Shown: positions 56,671 to 64,000 of the stretch, piece after piece | Layout: every line of letters begins with the position of its first letter | How positions within the stretch are numbered: the first letter of the stretch is position 1 | IMG/VR virus record: IMGVR_UViG_3300045988_122072 | Location: 99,338 to 163,337 of that record | Reading direction: 5' to 3' (one strand) | Origin: a virus | Length of the DNA: 64,000 nucleotides | The notes under the pieces: model-generated | Seen by the model: only the letters and a program-made list of their open reading frames with translations | What the model was told of the DNA's origin: nothing | The model's database searches: none | Made by a program: the position numbers and the translations under genes

Positions 56671-57867
56671 TCATTTTAAATATCCACTATGCATGAATCC
56701 AACTTTACCAGAAGCGGTTTGTACATATAGCCATTCTCCAGTATAATAACCAAAACATTGTACCTTAGTACCATATGGTAAAATACCTAAACTTGTCTTG
56801 TTGGAACCTGCACCAGCTCTTAGATGTAAACCAACATCTGCATTGACCGTATATGTGCCTTCCTTAGACTTGCTAAAACTTTGTGGATTCTCAACGTTGC
56901 CTTTTGCAGGTGCATTTGCCGTATAAACAACATTGCCCTTGTCATCAAACACACTATACCCAGTCTTGCATGCCTTCTTCGCATTCTCCAAAGAACTGTA
57001 CGCACCAAGCTGAGAAGATGCATCTGCCCAAGTCTTTCTTACACGATATAATGTAGCTGGGGCCGATGCAACAGGATATACTACATTACCCTTTTCATCA
57101 AATACCTTATATCCATTTGGGCAAGACTTCTTCGCATTTTCCAAAGAAGAGAATGCACCAATTTGCGAGGACACATCCGCCCAAGACTTTCTCACACGAT
57201 ATAGCTGCTTTGCTGGAGCAGGAGTAGGAGTTGAAGTGTTTGTTTTAAGTAACTCATTAACACGTCTTCTTAACATGCCCATTGTATAGCCGTGTCTTGG
57301 CCACCAGTTATCAGGGTCATTATGATCGCTGCCATACCCACGCTGACCAGCTTCATTATGCGAAACGATTTCTGTAATTGATGGATAGGCACGCATTAAG
57401 TGTGCACATAACTCTGCGGCAAGTTCAAATGTCTCTTTGCAATAGTTTGCGCTAGAATGGTCATCTTCACAAATCTCAAACTGAATTGCACAATTATTGT
57501 AAGAGCCATATCTACCAGCGCCAACGCCCCAGCAGCGCATTTCCCATGGTAGAGTTTGTACTACTGCCAATGAGCCATCGGATATCTTGCCTAGAAATGC
57601 ATGTACACAGACCTGTAAACCGCCTCTATTCCAATCATTTCTATAATTATTTGTGCCAAGAATAGATAACATCTCTGTACGAGAAAATGTTTTTCTTTGC
57701 GGTAAATACTCTTCCATGCCGCTAGTCTGCCCAGAATATGGCTGAACATAACGTTTTACTGTGTTGTTATTTGCACCAGTACTATGTACTACAATTTTTG
57801 TCGGAGTAATTTTTACCCCTCTCTTATAACAGTCATTTTGTTCTAATAAACATTGATATAACTTCAT
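56671..57867 (-). CDS. Endolysin: N-acetylmuramoyl-L-alanine amidase (amidase_2/PGRP-like) plus two ~42-aa wall-binding repeats plus an SH3-like domain
   Basis: N-terminal 'IVVHSTGANN' and 'IVSHNEAGQRGYGSDHNDPDNWW' give the Zn-amidase His/His/Asp context. Tandem 'LYRVRK(S/T)WAD.SSQ.GA.SSLENAKK.C..GY.VFD.KGNVVY' occurs twice. C-terminal 'GTKVQCFGYYTGEWLYVQTASGKVGFMHSGYL' is SH3-like. Confidence 0.75.
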   Translation of the reverse strand: MKLYQCLLEQNDCYKRGVKITPTKIVVHSTGANNNTVKRYVQPYSGQTSGMEEYLPQRKTFSRTEMLSILGTNNYRNDWNRGGLQVCVHAFLGKISDGSLAVVQTLPWEMRCWGVGAGRYGSYNNCAIQFEICEDDHSSANYCKETFELAAELCAHLMRAYPSITEIVSHNEAGQRGYGSDHNDPDNWWPRHGYTMGMLRRRVNELLKTNTSTPTPAPAKQLYRVRKSWADVSSQIGAFSSLENAKKSCPNGYKVFDEKGNVVYPVASAPATLYRVRKTWADASSQLGAYSSLENAKKACKTGYSVFDDKGNVVYTANAPAKGNVENPQSFSKSKEGTYTVNADVGLHLRAGAGSNKTSLGILPYGTKVQCFGYYTGEWLYVQTASGKVGFMHSGYLK

Positions 57868-57900
57868 AATAATATTTCCTCCCTTTTATCCATAAAATAG

Positions 57901-58986
57901 TTAAGGTTCCCAAGTAATAGAATAATAAAGAGACTTTAAACCACCAGCAGCGACCCAAATACCATTCTCATTACACACCTTATTAACTGCCATAGTTACC
58001 TCTGTGCATTGCGTCCATGTTTGCCCATCTGTAGAATAATATAGACCATTTGATGAACTTTTCCCACATGCTATCCAGACACCATTAGAATAATAAAGGT
58101 AATTAAATGAACCAGTTGTTATATTACTTGCAGTCCATGTTGTTCCATCAGAAGAATAGTATAGTCCGTTACCACCATTACCTCCTGCAACCCATATGCC
58201 ATTGTTGCGGCAAACACAACTACATGCAGAAGTAATATTCGACGCTACCCATACTCTGCCGTTTGCAGAACGGTATATACCTGCATTACCACAAGCAATC
58301 CATAATCCATCTGCAAAATAAACATCCCACCAAGATCCCCCAGACACAGTTCCGCTCGACCATGTGTACCCATCGGTGGAGTACCATAACCCTTGGCCCC
58401 CGCTTGCCGTAACCCAAATTCCATCTGCACAATAAACAGAAAAGATAGTACTGGATGTTAATGCTGTACTTTTCCTCCATTTTGTTTTTGGGCTATTAGA
58501 ATAATAAATACCATTGTCTGCAAGCCCAGCAATCCAATATGTTCCAGATTTATATAATAAAATACAATTATTTGTAGTAAGGCTAGACTGAGTCCATGTT
58601 TTACCATCTTCTGAATAATATATGCCATTACCGTAGCTACCAGCAAGCCAAAGGCCATCGGCATAGGCAACAACGGCAAAAGGAATTGTTAGCCCTGCAC
58701 TCGTCCAGTTCTTACCATCTGTTGACCAAAACAAACTTTTGTCACCAGAAGATGCCGCAACCCAAATACCATTACCATAACAAACATCAGCAAAAGACAC
58801 CGCAGTAGTAGCGGCGCTCTTTGTCCATTTTGTCCCATTAGGATATGGTTCCTTGATGCTATTAATTGCTGTTACCATGCCAGTTGGACATGATAATTCT
58901 CCTGTACTACCGGACTTTATGCGTATAGCATCTGCAATAGTAGTCATAGTTGTACCTTTAATTAAATATTCATCTGCTACCGCCAT
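57901..58986 (-). CDS. BNR/Asp-box repeat beta-propeller protein (virion- or fibre-associated)
   Basis: 361 aa with at least 6 Asp-box-like repeats: FWSTDGKNWT, YYSEDGKTWT, WYSTDGYTWS, YRSANGRVW, YYSSDGTTWT, YYSTDGQTWT (SxDxGxTW), each about 45-50 aa apart. Confidence 0.65.
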   Translation of the reverse strand: MAVADEYLIKGTTMTTIADAIRIKSGSTGELSCPTGMVTAINSIKEPYPNGTKWTKSAATTAVSFADVCYGNGIWVAASSGDKSLFWSTDGKNWTSAGLTIPFAVVAYADGLWLAGSYGNGIYYSEDGKTWTQSSLTTNNCILLYKSGTYWIAGLADNGIYYSNSPKTKWRKSTALTSSTIFSVYCADGIWVTASGGQGLWYSTDGYTWSSGTVSGGSWWDVYFADGLWIACGNAGIYRSANGRVWVASNITSACSCVCRNNGIWVAGGNGGNGLYYSSDGTTWTASNITTGSFNYLYYSNGVWIACGKSSSNGLYYSTDGQTWTQCTEVTMAVNKVCNENGIWVAAGGLKSLYYSITWEP

Positions 58987-59516
58987 TAGAAATTCACTCC
59001 TTCCGCACTAGGAACTGCAACTGCTCGCCAATACCCATTTACAACCCTCATGAACTTTCCATTATCTGCTTGTGACGCCGTTTTTTCAAGCAGAGCAGTA
59101 TTTCCATAAGAAAATCCTTCCTCGCTAGAAAAATATGCTGCTAGAGTTGGGTCTGCCGCTTCAAGTGGTTTAACCCAAATTTCTTTATACCAGAATGGAT
59201 CGTCCGACACATACTCACGAATTACTTGTCTGACAGTACTGCCATTGCAATTTGACGTTGTAATAGTTAAGTATTCTCTAGAATTGTAACCCCCTGCCAA
59301 ATCAATGTAATACATACCATCATCCATTAGATATGTACCATCAGGATTAAGCATAAATCCCCAATATTGTGAGGTATTCGCTGCATCCCCGCCATTTTCA
59401 AGCATCTTAGTATACTGCGGAGTCCAATCAACAAATGGAGATGTAGTTACATCACCGGTCTTACCATTAACCGATGTAACAATAGGAGTCACAATTTGTA
59501 ATTTTTTAGTTGACAT
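58986..59516 (-). CDS. Hypothetical structural protein
   Basis: AAGGAGGAGG lies upstream of ATG 59516, an internal Met of track ORF 58986..59579. About 176 aa. Confidence 0.45.
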   Translation of the reverse strand: MSTKKLQIVTPIVTSVNGKTGDVTTSPFVDWTPQYTKMLENGGDAANTSQYWGFMLNPDGTYLMDDGMYYIDLAGGYNSREYLTITTSNCNGSTVRQVIREYVSDDPFWYKEIWVKPLEAADPTLAAYFSSEEGFSYGNTALLEKTASQADNGKFMRVVNGYWRAVAVPSAEGVNF

Positions 59517-59583
59517 TCTTACATCCTCCTCCTTATTTTTAATATTTATAATGGCGCAAGGATGCTGGCCCTGCGCCATATAT

Positions 59584-61842
59584 TTAGTTTATTGCTGTTG
59601 CACTAATAGTACCGCTATCGTCAACGGTAATCCTAAAACGTTTCGTACTATTAGGCGTTGAAGATTTTAAAATCAATGCAGTTCCTTCAATAGTTCCTGC
59701 AAACCAACCATTGCCATTGTTGTCAACGGTATGAGCATTTGAACGATTCGTATTAGAATTTCCATTGCCTACAATGTGTAGATATTTAGAGTTAGAATCT
59801 TCAATATTATATCTACCCTGAACATGCTGATTGGCACTTGATGCAATAGTGCCTTCTCCTTCTGTATGAGTGAAAGTTCCCATTGCTCTTGTTTTATAAC
59901 CTTCACTATGGGAATAACCACCAGCAGCAATTGTTTCATATCCTTCTGCATGAGCACAACTATCTAGAGCCAAAGTGTCGTCGCCCTCTGTATGGCATTG
60001 ATCATATTTAGCAAGATTAAACTTCGTAGTTTCCCAAGTAGTAATAATCGTATCCTTGTTAGTCGAGGTTGTAATAGAAGAAGGAATATCATTTGATCCT
60101 CTTCCTTCCGCATGTGAAGAGTGACCCATAGCGTTGGTACTATATCCTTCAGCATGTGCAGTCTGCCCACTAGCTATACTGCCTTGTCCCTCTGCGTGAG
60201 AAGCGTTTCCTGACGCTATTGTAACCGAACCTTCAGCGTGCGAGCACCCTTCTTGTGCAATTGACTGATATCCCTCAGCATGTGAATATTGCCCATTTGC
60301 TTGCGTAGTAAATCCCTCTGCGTGAGAAACATAATTACCAGCTTTACTTTTATATCCTTCTACATGTGAATACTTACCAATTGCAGAATTAGTTGTATAA
60401 TCATTAAAAATCTCAGAATGTTGACCACTACCAGATTTACCAATTAAATTTGGCTTGTTATATAAATTGTTATAATTACCGTCAAAATCACTGGCTCCTA
60501 TATTATATCTTACTTGCGCTTGTTGCATCTGTGTCAGTACCTGTTGAGTAGTCCTGAGAATATCATTTGGGATATACTTGCTATCGATTGTATGAATAAT
60601 GGTAGTATCTTTATTAATTTGTATACTATGCGTTCCTCCACTATTCTCAGTCTTCACATAAACTGTATTGCTAGTATTAGAATAACTTGCAGCGGTAGGC
60701 TCTGGGGCACAATAAATATCAATGTAAAACGGTTCCCCCGTATCTTCCATCTCCGAAGTCTCTAACGACGCATTGCCTAAATATGTGTATCTAGAATTAG
60801 AATATGCTCTGCAAGTATATGGAGTATTATCCCATATAACAATGTATAAATCTCCGAGCACCAAATCAAGATCAAACGGGTTCTCAAGATAATCATCACT
60901 AAATGTTAAAGTTCTGCTAGAAAGAATTTCAGTAAAACTAGCATCTTCTGAATAAAATGGCCTATTATTAATGTATCCTATTTGAGAACTATTATTTTGA
61001 TTCCAATTTGGCTGTTGACTTAACATAGCAGTAGTAATTTGAGATTGCACACTTGTAGTACCAACAAGGGTCTGCAACATATCCACACTTTCAACTGTAG
61101 CAAAGTCACTAGCATGCTTATTGTCAACAGTATCAGCGTTACCGCCATTTGCTGGCAATGACGTTGGTTTATCTGTCAGATTATTATAACTATGTGTATG
61201 ATTATCAATTGCGTTAGATATCTGCGATTGTACACTTGTGCTGCCAACCAAAGTTTCCATGGCACTCATTGATTCGGCGGTGGCAAAGTCATTTGCGTGT
61301 TTACCATCCACGGTGTCTGCATTTCCACCATTAGCTGGGAGCGAAGTTGGCTTATTCGTTAAATCGTTATAATTATGAACATGATCTTCCTCTGCTGCGC
61401 CAATACTGGTCGGAGTTATAGCGCTAACCGCAGTTGATATCTGAGACTGGACACTAGTACTTCCAACAAGGGTTTGAAGCATATCTACTGATTCCACAGT
61501 CGCAAAATCTGCGGCGTGTTTGCCATCTACAGTATCAGAATTGCCGCCATTCGCAGGAAGAGCAGTCGGAATAACTGGCTTATCTTCTAAGTCATTATAA
61601 CTATGGGTATGTCCAATAAGAGCATACCCAGTATGAGAATGATTTACCAGAGCATATTCAGAATGCTCATGGTTAATTGGAGAATATTCGTTATGCGTAT
61701 GATTTACATTTGCTTTACCGGTTTGTAAAGTATCAATATCTGCTCCCATATCTTCAAGATGATTTGTGAGGCACTGCGCTGTATAAGTATCGTACCATAT
61801 GTTATTAGTAGAATACATAGGCTCAAAGTCACCATTTGGCAT
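59584..61842 (-). CDS. Tail fibre protein with tandem repeats and YadA-head-like 'SHAEG' repeats
   Basis: 752 aa. An HxH-rich N-terminal tract is followed by three tandem ~60-70-aa repeats 'LPANGGN.DTVD.KHA.DFAT.ES...L.TLVG.TSVQSQI' (about nt 61020-61570). The C-terminal run has repeated 'SHAEG(Y/S/Q/R)' units and 'SNAHTVDNNGNGWFAG'. Confidence 0.7.
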   Translation of the reverse strand: MPNGDFEPMYSTNNIWYDTYTAQCLTNHLEDMGADIDTLQTGKANVNHTHNEYSPINHEHSEYALVNHSHTGYALIGHTHSYNDLEDKPVIPTALPANGGNSDTVDGKHAADFATVESVDMLQTLVGSTSVQSQISTAVSAITPTSIGAAEEDHVHNYNDLTNKPTSLPANGGNADTVDGKHANDFATAESMSAMETLVGSTSVQSQISNAIDNHTHSYNNLTDKPTSLPANGGNADTVDNKHASDFATVESVDMLQTLVGTTSVQSQITTAMLSQQPNWNQNNSSQIGYINNRPFYSEDASFTEILSSRTLTFSDDYLENPFDLDLVLGDLYIVIWDNTPYTCRAYSNSRYTYLGNASLETSEMEDTGEPFYIDIYCAPEPTAASYSNTSNTVYVKTENSGGTHSIQINKDTTIIHTIDSKYIPNDILRTTQQVLTQMQQAQVRYNIGASDFDGNYNNLYNKPNLIGKSGSGQHSEIFNDYTTNSAIGKYSHVEGYKSKAGNYVSHAEGFTTQANGQYSHAEGYQSIAQEGCSHAEGSVTIASGNASHAEGQGSIASGQTAHAEGYSTNAMGHSSHAEGRGSNDIPSSITTSTNKDTIITTWETTKFNLAKYDQCHTEGDDTLALDSCAHAEGYETIAAGGYSHSEGYKTRAMGTFTHTEGEGTIASSANQHVQGRYNIEDSNSKYLHIVGNGNSNTNRSNAHTVDNNGNGWFAGTIEGTALILKSSTPNSTKRFRITVDDSGTISATAIN

Positions 61843-61891
61843 AGAAAATTCCTCCCTTAAAATAAAGCTTTATCATTAGTTCAACGATTTA

Positions 61892-62092
61892 TTAAATTGA
61901 TGTATTCGTTCCAGTCTTTACGCCTTCATCTCCGGCGAAGACCTTACCAGAACGAACATCTTCAGGGGTAGCGGTAAAGACAGTTAAATTATCAACTAGA
62001 ACACCAGTGATTTCTTTTCCGTTTTTATCTGTTAAAACATAGGTCTTTGGATTACCGAATCCTCCGCATACATTTCCGTATAAACCACTCAT
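61892..62092 (-). CDS. Small hypothetical structural protein
   Basis: 66 aa. Its start overlaps the stop of the upstream fibre gene (ATGA). Confidence 0.4.
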   Translation of the reverse strand: MSGLYGNVCGGFGNPKTYVLTDKNGKEITGVLVDNLTVFTATPEDVRSGKVFAGDEGVKTGTNTSI

Positions 62093-64000
62093 ATAACTGT
62101 CACCTCCTGTACTCTAACTTGTACTGAAATTGCGCTGCTTGGCTTACCGCCAGCTACATAAACACGCACAGTACCATTTCCGCTCAAAGTTGTAAATGCA
62201 AGCCCGTCATCCTGCCAAGAGTTAAGCTGCTCTGGCGTCGGTTGCAAATCAACAATGCTTGTCTCTGTTACACAACTTAGTGCAATATCCTGATAATATG
62301 GGCTTGCGTCTCCAACCCAATTAGATGTCAGTGTGATTGTTGTGACCTTTGGCAACAGACTTTGCAGCATGGCAATCGTAGCATATGTATCTGCGATGTT
62401 GTTTCCATTCGCATCTGCCGTAGCTTGTGCAACTGCTCCATACACATCTGCACCATCAGTTTTTGTCAGACCTTCAATAACCCATGCTGTGCCATCATAA
62501 ACCACAGTAAACGGCTTATTGAGAGCAATCCAGTTGGTGCTATATCCTTGCTGTAAGCTAGTTGTTAGAGAGCTTAGTCTGCGTCTAATTGGCTTAGCGC
62601 CTAGCCCGTTAACATTTAATGTTGGTGCTTTACTTGTACTTGCTTTATTTGGAATCATAATAAAGCTTGCGCCAACAGTCAATGAATCAATACCAGAAAC
62701 TGTGGCAGTGTATGCAACTCCATCAGTACTTTCCGCTGTTGCAGTATATACTGCGTCGGCAGCTGAAGGCTTACTATCGATAGCTGCTTGCATTGTTTCA
62801 ATAGTAGAAGCAGAAGCGGCTCCAACGTCACTTGCAGTTAATGTGATATTATCTGACAGGGCTTTGCCGTTAATGGTTGTAGTCTTTAGAGCGTAAGAGC
62901 CTTCATCGCCAAGTTCTTCCCAAATAGCACCATTCCAAACGAATTCTTTATGGTCATCCTTACCAAGAATTACATCACCTTTTTCTTTTGTGGTATAATT
63001 TGCGATTTGAGGGTCAGTTGTTGAGCCGTCGGTAATATCAACAGCAGCTTTACCAATAAAGTGCATTGCGCCTGTTAGGCCACCAAGTTGGTTATTGATG
63101 GTGGTCATCTGACCGTCAACATACTCTTCTGTTGCTAACTTCTTTGAACCATCATCTTTATTGGTTCCAGAAGTAGAACCAACATAAACATCTCCTGCAA
63201 ACCAAGCATTACCCGACCAATCAAGAGTATGGGCATTGGACTGCGTATCAGTATTTGTACCATTGCCTACAATATGAGCGTATTTTCCTAATCTATCTTC
63301 AACATTGTACTTCCCTTGTACGTGCTGTCCAGAATTAGCATCCGTCCCCTTACCTTCAGCGTGCGAGGCTTCGCCAGATGCGCGACAATTAGTTCCTTCT
63401 GCATGAGAATTCTTCCCAACAGCAACTGAACCACCGCCTTCAGCATGAGCTGCTTCTCCACTAGCAATACTAGTACTGCCTTCAGCATGAGAATAATCTC
63501 CTTGTGCTGAAGTATAATAGCCTTCAGTATGCGACGCTGAACCACTTGCTAATGTGCCTTCACCTCCAGAAAAAGAGTTTTTACCTGGACTAAACATTAT
63601 GTCGCCATCACTAGCGTTGATCATTACTAAAGACCCTGTAGTCTTGCCATTAACTATGTTGGAGTTATTAGGTATTTTATCATTTACATAATCATATACT
63701 GCTTTCGCTCCTGCATATTGTCTATTTGTTGAACTTGAAGTAATACTTGTTGCAATAGGACGACGAGGGTTGAGTAGAACTGGCTTCCCACCAAAATCTG
63801 TCCCCACAAGTGTACTACCATAAGGCATTTCATCAGCTGTAACGTAAGTATCCTTATAATCTGGATGTTCCAGTGTTAAAGTTGATGTACCAGTAAAACC
63901 ATTCAATGACACAGATGGAGGCATAGCATAAGAAGAGGATTGTTTATATAACATTGCACTTCTAACTGTGCCATCAAACTTTGGGGATGCATTATCTGCA
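62089..64000 (-). CDS. Tail fibre protein with 'SHAEG' (YadA-head-like) repeats; the 5' end may lie beyond the window
   Basis: Track ORF 62089..63954 (621 aa), but the same frame stays open to nt 64000 (..ADNASPKFDGTVRSAMLYKQ..). Repeats 'SHTEGY..SHAEGS..AHAEGG..SHAEGT..SHAEGK' and 'SNAHTLDWSGNAWFAGDVYVG' are shared with the 752-aa fibre. Confidence 0.65.
   Translation of the reverse strand, partial: ADNASPKFDGTVRSAMLYKQSSSYAMPPSVSLNGFTGTSTLTLEHPDYKDTYVTADEMPYGSTLVGTDFGGKPVLLNPRRPIATSITSSSTNRQYAGAKAVYDYVNDKIPNNSNIVNGKTTGSLVMINASDGDIMFSPGKNSFSGGEGTLASGSASHTEGYYTSAQGDYSHAEGSTSIASGEAAHAEGGGSVAVGKNSHAEGTNCRASGEASHAEGKGTDANSGQHVQGKYNVEDRLGKYAHIVGNGTNTDTQSNAHTLDWSGNAWFAGDVYVGSTSGTNKDDGSKKLATEEYVDGQMTTINNQLGGLTGAMHFIGKAAVDITDGSTTDPQIANYTTKEKGDVILGKDDHKEFVWNGAIWEELGDEGSYALKTTTINGKALSDNITLTASDVGAASASTIETMQAAIDSKPSAADAVYTATAESTDGVAYTATVSGIDSLTVGASFIMIPNKASTSKAPTLNVNGLGAKPIRRRLSSLTTSLQQGYSTNWIALNKPFTVVYDGTAWVIEGLTKTDGADVYGAVAQATADANGNNIADTYATIAMLQSLLPKVTTITLTSNWVGDASPYYQDIALSCVTETSIVDLQPTPEQLNSWQDDGLAFTTLSGNGTVRVYVAGGKPSSAISVQVRVQEVTVI

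Noticed and set aside
59552-59577. The hairpin GGCGCAAGG/CCCTGCGCC after the 752-aa fibre gene, as a transcription terminator.
   Set aside because: The stem is good (9 bp with one mismatch), but no U-tract follows on the minus strand and the next gene's RBS starts about 25 nt later. It more likely acts as an mRNA-stabilising or processing structure, so it is not annotated as a terminator.
59584-63954. A diversity-generating retroelement (template/variable repeat pair) as the explanation for the fibre repeats.
   Set aside because: No reverse transcriptase gene is in the window. The repeats are in-frame tandem protein modules, not a non-coding TR paired with a C-terminal VR showing adenine-specific differences.
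1-64000. CRISPR arrays, tRNA/tmRNA genes and rRNA.
   Set aside because: No regularly spaced direct repeats with unique spacers are present. No cloverleaf-like GC-rich 70-90-nt segments were seen in the intergenic regions inspected (767-879, 4421-4521, 15622-15789, 16900-17064, 23820-24516, 25669-25950, 44312-44690). This was checked by eye only; tRNAscan/Infernal should confirm it.
1-64000. Stop-codon reassignment (TAG or TGA recoding), as occurs in some gut phages.
   Set aside because: Very long uninterrupted ORFs (up to 9.6 kb) and compact gene packing are obtained with the standard code on both strands. The only two apparent gene breaks are explained by introns.

Overview
This window looks like one contiguous segment of a large, low-GC, Firmicutes-style tailed phage, probably temperate. 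All calls come from reading the sequence and ORF track by eye; no database search, RNA folding or alignment was run, and family names rest on recognised motifs.

Layout:
- 1-23.8 kb (+): early/middle genes. These include a SleB-like hydrolase, a NifS-like cysteine desulfurase, dCMP deaminase and an HD protein. An RNA-repair island follows: T4 Rnl1-type RNA ligase, RlaP-type nucleotidyltransferase, P-loop kinase-HD fusion, radical SAM enzyme and Thg1-like protein. Then come NAD-dependent DNA ligase, a solo TnpB, and a dNTP-metabolism cluster (guanylate-kinase-like, 5'-deoxyribonucleotidase, ThyX-like, class II RNR NrdJ, dUTPase).
- 23.9-25.9 kb: lysogeny module (excisionase-like HTH, tyrosine integrase, small RHH protein) with a repeat-rich putative attP/operator region.
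- 25.9-64 kb (-): late genes, in transcription order: fibre-like proteins, BNR propeller, endolysin, two holins, terminator, RuvC-like resolvase, chaperone-like gene, giant tape measure gene, Dit, Tal, receptor-binding fibre.

Most notable observations:
1. The tape measure gene is split by an ~1.83 kb group-I-intron-like element carrying an HNH endonuclease and its own promoter. Spliced, it would encode ~6,040 aa.
2. nrdJ is split by a 445-nt ORF-less group-I-like intron, exactly inside the NPCGEQPL active-site motif.
3. A 16-nt box, ACA(A/G)TACAAAATTAA(T/A), recurs about 10 times just downstream of sigma70-like promoters and/or just upstream of RBSs.
4. The phage RNA-repair toolkit is unusually rich, and includes two paralogous proteins sharing a VFE(S/T)NSSSTHS N-terminus.
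5. An intact solo tnpB sits between two promoter-plus-box units.
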